NCBI GenBank assembly: GCA_038065035.1
Contig: JBBTRV010000004.1
Location: 51,798 to 115,797 of the forward strand
Source of the DNA: Patescibacteria group bacterium
GTDB taxonomy: Bacteria; Patescibacteriota; Minisyncoccia; UBA6257; UBA9933
Length of the DNA stretch: 64,000 nucleotides
Direction: 5' to 3'
Under the pieces are notes generated by a model, which made no database searches, had not been told where the DNA came from, and saw only the letters and a program-made list of their open reading frames with translations. The position numbers and the translations under genes were made by a program. Shown here piece after piece: positions 29,887 to 39,872 of the stretch. Numbering within the stretch: the first letter of the stretch is position 1; every line of letters begins with the position of its first letter.

Positions 29887-30933
29887 ATGCGTTTTTTTTA
29901 TTTTTTTATCTTTTTACTGATTTTGCTGGGAGCCGCCGGTTATCTTTATTTTAGCCGGCAATACGTCAGTTTTTTATCAAGCGCGCAATCGGCGAGCTTG
30001 CAGGCGAATATTTTGGCTTTAAAAGATTACGCGATTAAAAAACGGATACTGGAAGAAGTGCCGGCAGAAGAAAAACCGCTCACCATGGTTTTTGTCGGCG
30101 ATATAATGTTAGACAGAGGTGTGGAAGCGATTATCGGCAATTATGAAAATTACCGCTATCCGTTTTTAAAAACTTTTGAAATATTAAAATCCGCAGATTT
30201 AGCTTTCGGCAACTTAGAAGGACCAATTTCCAAAAATGGCGAAAAGCAAGGCAGTATTTATTCTTTTCGTTTTGAACCGCAAGCGATTGATGGCCTGAAA
30301 TTTGCCGGTTTTGATGTTTTGTCTTTGGCGAATAATCACATTTTGGACTATGGTCGGAAAGCTCTTGAAGATACTGTTTTAATTTTGAAAGAAAATAGTA
30401 TTATTCCCATTGGCGCTGGTGAAAATTATTTAGAGGCGAATAGTCCCATAATAAAAGAGATTAGTGGCGTGAAAATCGCTTTTTTGAGCTACGCTTTGAT
30501 GAATCCGAAAAGTTATGAGGCGAGCAAAGATTATTCCGGTATCAGTTCGTTTGAATTAGAACGAGTGGAAAATGAAGTTAAAATGATTAAAACATTGAGC
30601 ATTGCTGATATTGTCGTTGTTTCTTTTCATTGGGGAGAAGAATACCAGACTCGTTCTAATAAAAAACAGCAGGAAATCGGCCGCGCATTGGCTGAAGCCG
30701 GAGCGGATTTAATTATCGGCCATCATCCGCATGTGGTTCAGGAACTGGAGCGTTATAAAAACAGCTGGATTGCTTATAGTTTGGGTAATTTTATTTTCGA
30801 CCAGAATTTTTCCGATGAAACAATGAACGGGTTGATGCTTAAAGCGGAAATTCAGGATAAAAAAATAAAAATCGTTGAGCCGATTGATCTAAAAATCGGC
30901 GGCGATTTCCAGCCGCAGATTATTCAGCGGTGA
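29887..30933 (+). CDS. CapA/PGA-cap metallophosphatase family
   Basis: GDIMLDR, NLEG, LANNH..DYG, HWGEEY, GHHPHV, YSLGNF. Confidence 0.9.
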   Translation: MRFFYFFIFLLILLGAAGYLYFSRQYVSFLSSAQSASLQANILALKDYAIKKRILEEVPAEEKPLTMVFVGDIMLDRGVEAIIGNYENYRYPFLKTFEILKSADLAFGNLEGPISKNGEKQGSIYSFRFEPQAIDGLKFAGFDVLSLANNHILDYGRKALEDTVLILKENSIIPIGAGENYLEANSPIIKEISGVKIAFLSYALMNPKSYEASKDYSGISSFELERVENEVKMIKTLSIADIVVVSFHWGEEYQTRSNKKQQEIGRALAEAGADLIIGHHPHVVQELERYKNSWIAYSLGNFIFDQNFSDETMNGLMLKAEIQDKKIKIVEPIDLKIGGDFQPQIIQR

Positions 30934-30970
30934 TTGTTTTGGAACGCGCGATGTGGTATCATTAAAAATA

Positions 30971-31417
30971 ATGATTAATTTTGATATTGAAGATTTGAAG
31001 AAGCAAATTACGCCAATTGCTGAATCGCACAATCTTTTATTAGTGGTGATTCATGGCTCTTTTGTTACCGGTAAAAATAAAATTGGCAGCGATTTGGATA
31101 TCGCTATTTTAGGAAAGAAGTTAATTCAATTTGATGAATTGCTGGAAATACACGGCGATTTCGCGAAAATTTTCGGCGATAATCGCGAACGCGAGCTGGA
31201 TTTAAAATCTTTGCATGATGTCAATCCCTTATTTCGTTTTGAAGTAATGAGAGACAGCGTTTTGCTTTATGGTAAAACAGCGGATTATTATGCTTTTAAG
31301 GCTTACGCTTTCCGGGATTTTCAGGAGAGCAAAAGCCTTTTTGGTTTATTGGATAAATTAATTCATAAAAGACAAAAGTATTTTATGGAAAATTATACTA
31401 CTAGGCATGTTAGATAA
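30971..31417 (+). CDS. Minimal nucleotidyltransferase (MntA-like antitoxin)
   Basis: GS..G....SDLDIA; overlaps HEPN gene. Confidence 0.8.
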   Translation: MINFDIEDLKKQITPIAESHNLLLVVIHGSFVTGKNKIGSDLDIAILGKKLIQFDELLEIHGDFAKIFGDNRERELDLKSLHDVNPLFRFEVMRDSVLLYGKTADYYAFKAYAFRDFQESKSLFGLLDKLIHKRQKYFMENYTTRHVR

Positions 31418-31841
31418 AGAATTTATTAAGATTAAAATTGAATATATCCAAAGAGATTTAAACAGATTAGAAGTGATGCGCGACTTGACGATAGATGAAA
31501 TTGCTAAGGATTTCATCAAATATGGAGCCCTTAAAAATTTTTTAGTGGAAATAATAGGCCGCGCTATTGATATTAATGAACATATTATAGCTGAAGCGGG
31601 CAATGTAAAATTAGAAGCGCCGTTGAAATATCGGGAAACTTTTTTGCGGCTGATTGACCTTGATATTTTGCCGCCTGATTTTGCCGATGAAATAGCCGGA
31701 AGCGCGAGATTGAGAAATGCCATTGTTCACGATTACAATACTTTGGATAAATATTTTCTTGATAAGAAAATGAGCATAATAATTCAGCAATACGCGCAAT
31801 ACTGCGATTATATTTTAAAATTTTTAGAAAAAGCTAAGTGA
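31407..31841 (+). CDS. HEPN/DUF86 RNase (HepT-like toxin)
   Basis: RNAIVHDY Rx4H motif. Confidence 0.85.
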   Translation: MLDKEFIKIKIEYIQRDLNRLEVMRDLTIDEIAKDFIKYGALKNFLVEIIGRAIDINEHIIAEAGNVKLEAPLKYRETFLRLIDLDILPPDFADEIAGSARLRNAIVHDYNTLDKYFLDKKMSIIIQQYAQYCDYILKFLEKAK

Positions 31842-31896
31842 GGATTATCCACAGCTAGGCCTATTGCGAGGGGGCGTTAATGGTAAAATTAAATAT

Positions 31897-33735
31897 ATGA
31901 AAAAATACTTATTTATCGTTTCGTTAGTGGTCGCAGTTATATTAATATTGCCAAATATTTCTTTGGCGCAAACAGGCGGAATGTCTTCGATTTCAACTGC
32001 TGATTTGCAAGCGCAAATTGCCGCTTTATTGGCGCAGATTCAGGCTTTGCAAACGCAGATATCTCAGCAAGAGCCGGAAAAATGGTGCTATGATTTTAAA
32101 TATAACTTAAACGCCCAAAGCCGCGGCAAGGAGGTTGGTCAGCTTCAGACTGCTTTGGAAAAAGAAGGTTTTGAAATTAATTCGTATGAAAAAACCAACC
32201 AAATTTTTGACGAATCGACTGCTGACGCGGTAATCGGCTTCCAGCAAAAATATAAAGATGAAATCTTAAATCCTTATAATCTTAAATACGGCACCGGCTT
32301 TGTCGGCAAATCAACCAGAGCAAAATTAAATTCTCTTTACGGTTGCGGAGTAATTCAACCACCGCCAGTGTCAACAACTCCCTCTATTACGGTCCTTTCG
32401 CCCAATGGCGGAGAGGTGTGGGAAATTGGAAAGTCTTATTATATCAGATGGAAATCTTTAAATTTAAACAGTAGCGACAGAATCTATATTGATATAGTAC
32501 CTTATGATGAAGTTATTACAGGTAATCGGAGTAATGTTGTTTATCAAATTACGTCAGATATAACAAATTCAAATGATTATTATTGGATCATTCCTTCTGA
32601 TGCTAAAGCTCTTATAGGAAGTGTTTATAAAATACGAGTTATGACAATAAATGGGAATGTTGGAGATCTAAGCGATACGTCGTTCAGCATTGTGGCGGCT
32701 AATACCGCAACTCAGCCGATTTTATCAATTTCTCCGACAGATATTAAAATCACCATTGGAAATAATTTTTTAAACACTTATCAATTCACCGGCGCAGTTT
32801 CTAATGCCGCTCCCAATAGCGACGTCAAATTATATCTTCAAAGACCCAATGGCACGGTGAAATATGAAAATTATTATGTCGGCAGAACGGATTCAAACGG
32901 AGTTCTTAAAGTCAATACTACACAAACCATTCCTAATGCGTATTGTTGCACTTATTCAGCTTGGGTAGTGGTTGGAGGGCAAAAATCAAACGTAGTAAAT
33001 ATCAATGTAACTTTTGCAACAGCTCAACCCTCCATCACCATTCTTTCGCCGAATAGCGGGGAAATATGGAGTAAGGGAACTACTCAAACAATTAAATGGA
33101 ATTCTTTAAATAATAATTATGTAATTGTTGATTTGGTGCAGGGCATAAATAATACATTTATTAGAAGTATTTCTACTAGTATTTCAGCTGCGGCTTTACA
33201 ACTTAGCTGGCAAATTCCATTTGATATCCCTGATGGCAATGATTATAAAATTCGTATAACAAATGGTACGGATAGTGCATCAAATCTATATACATATGAT
33301 TACAGCGACGTTTCGTTTAGCATTATGGCTCCCGCTTCTTCCAACCCATATATTACAGTTGTTACACCAAATGGTGGGGAGGATTTGAGAATAGGAAATA
33401 TACATAGGATAAAATGGAATTCTGATTTAAAAATTGATAAGGTTTCTATAATGCTTACAAGCGATACTAATATCGGCAATTGGATAGTTACAAATATTGC
33501 AAATACGGGCTATTATGACTGGAATGTGTCAAAGTGGAATACTAACAGCACTCAATTTAAAATCAGGATTATCGTTTATCAAACAGGCGTTGGATCATGG
33601 GAAGATACTAGCGATAATTTGTTTAATATAATATTAGGGGATATAGGTGCGACATCCGCGAAAACTCAAGTGGCCTCTATTCTGCAATCTGCTGAAAAAA
33701 TATTGGCTGATATGTTTAATTATCTGGCGAGATAA
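31897..33735 (+). CDS. Secreted peptidoglycan-binding protein with Ig-like repeats
   Basis: Signal peptide, coiled coil, VGQLQ..T.DAVIGFQ..GFVGKSTRAKLN, three ITVLSPNGGE repeats. Confidence 0.8.
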   Translation: MKKYLFIVSLVVAVILILPNISLAQTGGMSSISTADLQAQIAALLAQIQALQTQISQQEPEKWCYDFKYNLNAQSRGKEVGQLQTALEKEGFEINSYEKTNQIFDESTADAVIGFQQKYKDEILNPYNLKYGTGFVGKSTRAKLNSLYGCGVIQPPPVSTTPSITVLSPNGGEVWEIGKSYYIRWKSLNLNSSDRIYIDIVPYDEVITGNRSNVVYQITSDITNSNDYYWIIPSDAKALIGSVYKIRVMTINGNVGDLSDTSFSIVAANTATQPILSISPTDIKITIGNNFLNTYQFTGAVSNAAPNSDVKLYLQRPNGTVKYENYYVGRTDSNGVLKVNTTQTIPNAYCCTYSAWVVVGGQKSNVVNINVTFATAQPSITILSPNSGEIWSKGTTQTIKWNSLNNNYVIVDLVQGINNTFIRSISTSISAAALQLSWQIPFDIPDGNDYKIRITNGTDSASNLYTYDYSDVSFSIMAPASSNPYITVVTPNGGEDLRIGNIHRIKWNSDLKIDKVSIMLTSDTNIGNWIVTNIANTGYYDWNVSKWNTNSTQFKIRIIVYQTGVGSWEDTSDNLFNIILGDIGATSAKTQVASILQSAEKILADMFNYLAR

Positions 33736-33763
33736 AATTTTACAATTAGTAAGGAAATGGCAG

Positions 33764-33799
33764 AAAAATAAAATTCCCGATAGCGGGATTTTATTTTTT
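33764..33799 (+). terminator. Intrinsic terminator
   Basis: AAAATAAAATTCCCG-ATAG-CGGGATTTTATTTT. Confidence 0.6.
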
Positions 33800-33823
33800 A
33801 AAAAAATCAGTATAATTTTAAAT

Positions 33824-33850
33824 ATGCTTATTTACATAGGCGTGGACCAT
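33824..33850 (+). repeat. Duplicated 5' end of rpiB (remnant)
   Basis: 24/27 nt identical to 34866-34892 (MLIYIGVDH vs MLIYIGADH). Confidence 0.75.
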
Positions 33851-33873
33851 TATGAAAATTATCAATAAATTAT

Positions 33874-34449
33874 ATGCAAAGCGATTTGGGAAAAAATGTT
33901 TATAGATGGGTTAGCGCGAGAATAGAAGACGTTGATGTTCAAAGTGAGTATTCTTGCGGTACGCGGGATATTTTTCAAGCGCGATTAGAAAAAATGGCGC
34001 AAGAATTGATAAAAGGCGGTGGTATTACGGAAAATGATATTTATATTGTTTCCGCGATAACGGGAGAAATAGGCAATAATTCTTTTGACCATAATTTGGG
34101 AAGTTGGCCGGATATGGCAGGCGTGTTCTTCGGATATTTTTTAGAAAATAGAAAATTAAAGATTGTTTTAGCTGATAGAGGGCAGGGAGTTTTAGCAACA
34201 TTAAAAAGAGTGAGGCCTGAATTAAAAAACGACTCCGAAGCGTTAAAAACTGCTTTTACGGAAAAAGTTTCCGGTCGAGCGCCGGAAAACAGAGGAAATG
34301 GATTAAAATTCGTTAAAGAAAACGTAGAAGAAAGAAAAATGCATTTAATATTTATCTCCGGAAATGCTAAAATAGAATTGAATGAAAAAATGGAAATAAA
34401 AACAACCGATGAAAGCATTCGCGGCTGTTTGGCGATTTTGTCGGTATGA
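33874..34449 (+). CDS. Histidine-kinase-like (GHKL) ATPase
   Basis: EIGNNSFDH, DRGQG, RGNGL. Confidence 0.8.
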   Translation: MQSDLGKNVYRWVSARIEDVDVQSEYSCGTRDIFQARLEKMAQELIKGGGITENDIYIVSAITGEIGNNSFDHNLGSWPDMAGVFFGYFLENRKLKIVLADRGQGVLATLKRVRPELKNDSEALKTAFTEKVSGRAPENRGNGLKFVKENVEERKMHLIFISGNAKIELNEKMEIKTTDESIRGCLAILSV

Positions 34450-34451
34450 CG

Positions 34452-34582
34452 CGCCCCCACACCAAACGAGTTTTAAATAATGTGGGGGAAACTAAAATAA
34501 AAATATGAGTGAAAATTTAGTTTTACGCTTAAATATAATTAAAGTGTAAAAATAAATATAAACTCGTTGTGGTGTGAGGGTG
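34452..34582. mobile_element. MITE-like element with ~22-bp terminal inverted repeats
   Basis: CGCCCCCACACCAAACGAGTTT ... AAACTCGTTGTGGTGTGAGGGTG around an AT-rich core. Confidence 0.6.
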
Positions 34583-34861
34583 AAAATAGAGCTAAAAAAA
34601 TTCGGTGAGATGCTGATTTCTCGGCCAGCCGGCAGGGAGGCCTATTTGGCTATGTTGGCGTATAATTTGAAAAATATTGACGAAAACGAAGTCATTGAAA
34701 TTGATTTTTCCGGAGTTAAAGTTTTAACGCCATCATGGGCTGATGAAGTAATCACAAAAATTGTTAATGAATTTAAAAATGTGAAATTAATTAATATTGA
34801 AAATCCCACGGCGCAAGCGACTTTAAAAACGCTGCGGGAATACTCTGGCTTAAAAATTTGA
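34574..34861 (+). CDS. STAS-like (DUF4325-type) protein
   Basis: LISRPAGREA, IDFSGV..LTPSWADE. Confidence 0.8.
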   Translation: MRVKIELKKFGEMLISRPAGREAYLAMLAYNLKNIDENEVIEIDFSGVKVLTPSWADEVITKIVNEFKNVKLINIENPTAQATLKTLREYSGLKI

Positions 34862-34865
34862 AATT

Positions 34866-35318
34866 ATGCTTATTTACATCGGAGCGGACCATCGGGGATT
34901 TAATTTGAAAGAATCCCTTAAAAAATTTTTAAAAGACAGCGGATATGAGGTGATTGATGTCGGCAATGACCATTATGATAAAGATGATGATTATCCTGAT
35001 TTTGCGGCTTTGGCGGCGCGGGCGGTTTCTCAGGATTCAATAAATCGTCGGGGAGTTTTAATTTGCGGTTCTGGTTCGGGAATGAATATTATAGCGAATA
35101 AATTTAATGGCGTGCGTTCTGTTTTAGCAAGCAGTCTGGAACAGGCAAAATTAAGCCGCAATGACGGCGATAGCAATGTTTTGTCTTTATCCGCTAGTTT
35201 TTTAAACGAAGAACAGGCAAAAGAAATTTTGGATATTTGGCTGAAAACGCCATTTTCCGAAGAAGATAGGCATAAAAGACGCCTTGCAAAAATAAGCGAA
35301 ATAGAAAATAATTTATAA
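34866..35318 (+). CDS. rpiB: Ribose-5-phosphate isomerase B
   Basis: GADHRG, DYPD, CGSGSG, ANKF.GVR, RHKRR. Confidence 0.9.
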   Translation: MLIYIGADHRGFNLKESLKKFLKDSGYEVIDVGNDHYDKDDDYPDFAALAARAVSQDSINRRGVLICGSGSGMNIIANKFNGVRSVLASSLEQAKLSRNDGDSNVLSLSASFLNEEQAKEILDIWLKTPFSEEDRHKRRLAKISEIENNL

Positions 35319-35319
35319 G

Positions 35320-35871
35320 ATGAATTTTGTTCCAAAAAAAGTTTTTTTTACCAAAGGAGTTGGCGTCCATAGAGAATATCTTACATCTTTTGAATTAGCG
35401 CTTCGCGATGCCGGTATTGCGCCTTATAATCTTGTAACTGTTTCTTCTATCTTCCCTCCTAATTGCCAAAAAATTTCCCGAGAAGAAGGATTGAAATTAT
35501 TAAACCCCGGGAGTATTGTTTTTTGTGTAATGGCGAGAAACGCCACTAATGAACCGAATCGCTTGATAGCCGCTTCTGTTGGCACAGCCTTGCCGCATGA
35601 TAATCATCAATATGGATATCTTTCAGAACATCATCCTTTCGGCGAGAAAGCCGATAAAGCCGGCGAGTATGCCGAAGATTTGGCGGCAACAATGCTTGCC
35701 ACCACTTTAGGCATTGAATTTGATTCTAATACCGCCTGGGATGAAAGAGAACAGCAATATAAAGCCTCGGGAAAGATTTTTAAGACTTTTAATACAACGC
35801 AGTCAGCCGAAGGGAATAAAGACGGCTTTTGGACATCAGTTGTGGCAACGGCGGTTTTTATAATGGAGTAA
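35320..35871 (+). CDS. pdaD: Pyruvoyl-dependent arginine decarboxylase
   Basis: [19 protein letters not shown] (Ser-Ser cleavage site), GYLSEH. Confidence 0.85.
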   Translation: MNFVPKKVFFTKGVGVHREYLTSFELALRDAGIAPYNLVTVSSIFPPNCQKISREEGLKLLNPGSIVFCVMARNATNEPNRLIAASVGTALPHDNHQYGYLSEHHPFGEKADKAGEYAEDLAATMLATTLGIEFDSNTAWDEREQQYKASGKIFKTFNTTQSAEGNKDGFWTSVVATAVFIME

Positions 35872-35881
35872 TCTTTTATTT

Positions 35882-36925
35882 ATGAAAAAAACAAAAATCG
35901 CGATAAATGGTTTTGGACGGATTGGAAGATTATTTTTCCGGCAGGCTTGCGATGAGTCATCCGCCAGCCGGCGGATTGAAATTGTTGCTATCAATGATTT
36001 GGGCGATATTGAAAACTTGGCATATTTATTAAAATATGATTCGGTTTATCGCCAATTTCAAGGTGAAATAAAAGTTGATAAAGCGGAAAATAAGCTAATA
36101 ATTGACGGCAAAGAAATTAAATTTATTTCTGAAAAAGACCCGACAAAATTGCCGTGGAAGGAATTGGAGATTAATATTGTGGTGGAAGCAACAGGCGTTT
36201 ATGAATCTTTTGAAAAATCTAAGGCGCATTTAACAGCCGGCGCCAAAAGAGTGGTGATGACTGCGCCGGCAAAAGATGTTGACGGCGAATTGGGGCAAAC
36301 CATTCTTGTTGGTATTAATGAAAATGAATTAGAAACTTGTAAAATTTCTTCAAATGCGTCTTGTACAACAAATGCCGCTTCGCCGGTGATTGCGATTTTA
36401 TCAGAAAATCCCGGCATTGCCAAAGCGGTTTTAACTACCGTTCATGCGATGACTAATACTCAAACTGCGGTTGATGCTCCTGTTAAGGGAAGTGATTTTA
36501 GGCGCGGCCGGGCTGCTAGCCAAAATATAATTCCTTCAAGTACAGGCGCGGCAATAGCCGTTACCCGCGTAATTAAAGAATTAGAAGGCAAATTTGACGG
36601 CATTGCTTTAAGGGTACCGGTAATTACTGGTTCAATCGCCGATATTACTTTTGTAAGCAAGAAAAAAACTTCAGTTGAAGAAATTAATGATATTTTGAAA
36701 AAAGCGGCGAAGTCGCTAAAATGGCAGGGAATTTTAAAGGTTATTGATGAGCAGATTGTTTCTTCAGACATTATCGGGGAGCCATATGGCGCGATAGTGG
36801 ATTTGAAATTCACTAAAGTAATTGACGGCAATTTAGTAAAAGTTTTGAGCTGGTACGATAATGAATGGGGCTACGCGGCGATGTTGGTAAAACATGTAAA
36901 GGTTGTATCAAGGTTATTTTCGTAA
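35882..36925 (+). CDS. gap: Glyceraldehyde-3-phosphate dehydrogenase, type I
   Basis: NGFGRIGR, SNASCTTN, WYDNEWGY. Confidence 0.95.
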   Translation: MKKTKIAINGFGRIGRLFFRQACDESSASRRIEIVAINDLGDIENLAYLLKYDSVYRQFQGEIKVDKAENKLIIDGKEIKFISEKDPTKLPWKELEINIVVEATGVYESFEKSKAHLTAGAKRVVMTAPAKDVDGELGQTILVGINENELETCKISSNASCTTNAASPVIAILSENPGIAKAVLTTVHAMTNTQTAVDAPVKGSDFRRGRAASQNIIPSSTGAAIAVTRVIKELEGKFDGIALRVPVITGSIADITFVSKKKTSVEEINDILKKAAKSLKWQGILKVIDEQIVSSDIIGEPYGAIVDLKFTKVIDGNLVKVLSWYDNEWGYAAMLVKHVKVVSRLFS

Positions 36926-36958
36926 TAGTCTGTATTAGAATAAGGGCAAATTCATCTT

Positions 36959-37487
36959 ATGTCGAGTAAACAAGTTCTCGTGTATATAGTAGGATTAGCT
37001 ATTTTACTTATCGGAAGTAATATTTTGACATTTAGATCTTATAGTATTTCCGAGATTTTTTCAGATTTTTACTATGGAAACTATGCGTTTTATTATCATT
37101 TGTTTTTGTTATCGATACTTCCAGCCGCAATAGCGAGCGTGATATCGTTAGTATTTGTGATGCGTCGGATCAAAAAGTTAATAACAGCAGAAAAAAAGTA
37201 AGTCACGCATCTATACAGAATTTATTATAGAGTTAGCAGTAGTAGCGTATATTGGAACTTTTATATTAGGAATCGTCTCGCAATTAATAATTCCAGATAA
37301 TCTTGAGAGTGCATTTATAATTGGTGCATTCCCGGCGGTAATAATTACATTAGTTCCGTATAATTTTCTTGGTTTAGTTGTGAATGAACCAGCTTTACTT
37401 AATAATTATATAATAGCTCTCACAATAGGGTATATTTTTGGTTTTTATTTCATATATTTACTGCAGAAAATGCAGAAAAATCGATAA
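36959..37487 (+). pseudogene. Multi-pass membrane protein with apparent frameshift near A7 run (37191-37197)
   Basis: ORF stops at 37201 but a hydrophobic reading frame continues in another frame to TAA 37487. Confidence 0.55.
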
Positions 37488-37505
37488 TTTTTTAACATCT
37501 AGCAA

Positions 37506-37530
37506 AATCCCCGCGCTGAGCGCGGGGATT
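37506..37530. terminator. GC-rich hairpin / probable terminator
   Basis: AATCCCCGCGC-TGA-GCGCGGGGATT. Confidence 0.65.
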
Positions 37531-37563
37531 GTATTTTTAAATTAAAACTTTATAATATAAATT

Positions 37564-37779
37564 ATGACTACAGTTACTATTTCAAAAAAAATTACAAAAG
37601 GACATGATTTAGTGGTGATAGAAAAAGAAAATTTTGATAGATTAACAAAGGAAAACATGGAGCTAAAATCAGCAATAAAAGCGATTTTGGATGGCGAATT
37701 AGCATTGCGCCGAGGGACAACTCGTTCTTTTAAAGATTTTTTAAAGCTTAAATTCCCGAAATATGCCAAAAATCAGTAA
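37564..37779 (+). CDS. Putative antitoxin
   Basis: Small ORF overlapping a RelE-like gene. Confidence 0.65.
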   Translation: MTTVTISKKITKGHDLVVIEKENFDRLTKENMELKSAIKAILDGELALRRGTTRSFKDFLKLKFPKYAKNQ

Positions 37780-38032
37780 ATCGCATTCCACCCCGCATTT
37801 TGAAAAGCAGTTTGAAAAATTAACTAAAAACATCCAAAAGACAGCAGTTAGAAAGATATTGTTATTTGAAAATAATCCGTTCCATCCGAGTCTTAATACT
37901 CATAAGTTAAAAGGCGAACTCTCGGATTTTTGGTCATTTTATATTAATAATAATTTTCGAGTATTGTTTCGTTTCTTAGAAAATAACGAAGTGATTTACT
38001 ATAATATTGATACCCACGATATTTATAAATAA
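37763..38032 (+). CDS. RelE/YafQ-like mRNA interferase toxin
   Basis: FEKQFEKL, NPFHPSLNTHKLKG, WSF.IN..FRVLF, IDTHDIY. Confidence 0.85.
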   Translation: MPKISKSHSTPHFEKQFEKLTKNIQKTAVRKILLFENNPFHPSLNTHKLKGELSDFWSFYINNNFRVLFRFLENNEVIYYNIDTHDIYK

Positions 38033-38036
38033 ATTT

Positions 38037-39080
38037 ATGAAAAAATATTTAATAATTTCTTTTTTAACTGCGATTGTTTTAACGGGCATTGCCTCCGCCC
38101 AAGCTTCCCTGCCGGATGCCGGTCTTTTGCCGGACAGTCCTTTTTATTTTCTCAAATCATGGAAGGAATCAATCCAACTATTTTTCACTTTTAACGCCGA
38201 AAACAAAGTCAAGTAATATATTCATTTGGCGGAAGTAAGAATGGCGGAATACCAGAAAATGATTGAAAAGGGTAAAGCTGACATTGCCGAGAAAACTCTC
38301 GCAAAATACCAAAATCAGCTTAATCGCGCTCTTGCAAAAACTGAAGAAATCAAGCAAAAAGGCAAAGATATTAAAGATTTAAGCCAACAAATAGAAACTG
38401 CCGCTTCTAAACACTTGGAAGTTCTTCGGGAAAATCTTGAAAAAGTTCCGGAAACCGCCAAAAAAGGCATAGAAAATGCGATTGAAAATTCAAAAAAGGG
38501 AATTGAAAGAGTTTTGGAAGTAAAAATGGATAAGGAGGAAAAAGATGAAGATAATGAAGAGCAATCAGAAAAAGAAGAAGTTAAATCAGATAATGAAACT
38601 TCTGATTGGAAAACTTATCGGAATGAAAAATATGGGTTTGAAGTGAGGTATCCAGGAAATCAATTTTCTATTAGAAAGTCGAAAGATTCTGTGCCTCCAT
38701 CAATAGAGAAAAATATTGATGGCGTAGAGTTGTATCAATGTATAGATAATCTTTGCAAAGAATATGACCATATTATCGGATTTTATCCAATGTATAAAGG
38801 ATATGCAGATATTAGTACCAAGATATATAATAATTTTTCTAATAATACTGTTAAGATTAATAATTTTTTAATCAATAATATTAATGGGATTTATATAAAT
38901 TTTGGCGAAGGAGGAACAGCGTGGTATAATTATTTTATTCCAATCAGTAAAAATCAAACTCTGATGATAATAAGAATCACTAATGATTATCTAGGACTAG
39001 AAGGTAGGGGTTTTTCTAATCAAGAAAAAGATAAAATTTTTAACCAAATTCTCTCCACTTTCAAATTTATCAATCAATAA
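38037..39080 (+). pseudogene. DUF5667-type secreted protein with PsbP-like C-terminus, in-frame TAA at 38214
   Basis: GLLPDSPFYFLK..KVK*YIHLAEVRMAE continues in the same frame; WKTYRNEKYGFEVRYP..FNQILSTFKF. Confidence 0.7.
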
Positions 39081-39112
39081 AAATTACCTTATATTTTTTA
39101 TACTTTAAAAAT

Positions 39113-39799
39113 ATGCAAATAATTCCGGCGATAAATTGCCAAAATTTTGATTGTGTTAAAGAAAAACTGCAAAAAGCGGAGGATTTTCTACCGGCTGATG
39201 GATGGGTGCAGATTGATATTGCTGACGGTAAATTTACCACGCATAAAACTTGGAATAATCCAAAAGAACTTTTAATGGTTAATGATCAATTGTCAGGAGT
39301 TAATATTGAAGTTCATTTAATGGTGGAAAATCCTTTGGAAGTAATTGATGATTGGGTTAAGAGCGGAGTAAAAAGAATAATCATTCATCATGAAGCGGTT
39401 TGCGACGAAGCGGCACATAGTAACAATAATGACGAAACAGACATTATTAATTTTCTACTGGAAAAATGCGTTGGATACGGAGTAGAATTAGGATTAGCCA
39501 TCAATCCTAACAAGCCGGTTGAAAATATTATCCGCCATTTAGACAGAGTAAGATTTATTCAGCTTTTGGCTGTTAATCCGGGATTGGCGGGCCAGCAATT
39601 TCAAGCGACAACATTGCAGAAAATAAAATTTTTAAAGGAAAATCCTTACGCGGAAATAATTATAGAAGTGGATGGCGGCATAAACTTAGAAACTGCTAAA
39701 TTATGCAAAGAAGCCGGTGCGGATATTTTGGCTTCAGCATCGCATATTTGGAATAGCGAAAATCAGCAAGCGGCTTTTGAGGAGTTAAAAAATGTATGA
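39113..39799 (+). CDS. rpe: Ribulose-phosphate 3-epimerase
   Basis: QIDIADG, EVHLMV, PGLAGQ.F, EVDGGIN. Confidence 0.9.
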   Translation: MQIIPAINCQNFDCVKEKLQKAEDFLPADGWVQIDIADGKFTTHKTWNNPKELLMVNDQLSGVNIEVHLMVENPLEVIDDWVKSGVKRIIIHHEAVCDEAAHSNNNDETDIINFLLEKCVGYGVELGLAINPNKPVENIIRHLDRVRFIQLLAVNPGLAGQQFQATTLQKIKFLKENPYAEIIIEVDGGINLETAKLCKEAGADILASASHIWNSENQQAAFEELKNV

Positions 39800-39802
39800 T
39801 TT

Positions 39803-39845
39803 ATCCCGCATCTTTCCGCGCAAGAATGTGCGGGATTTATTTTTT
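39803..39845 (+). terminator. Probable terminator
   Basis: ATCCCGCA..TGCGGGAT then T-rich tract. Confidence 0.5.
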
Positions 39846-39872
39846 ATTAGGATTTGGTATAATTTTTCATAA

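Noticed and set aside
25459-38216. Stop-codon reassignment suggested by two in-frame TAA codons
   Set aside because: TAA, TAG and TGA all terminate conserved genes normally in this window; point lesions or errors are simpler.
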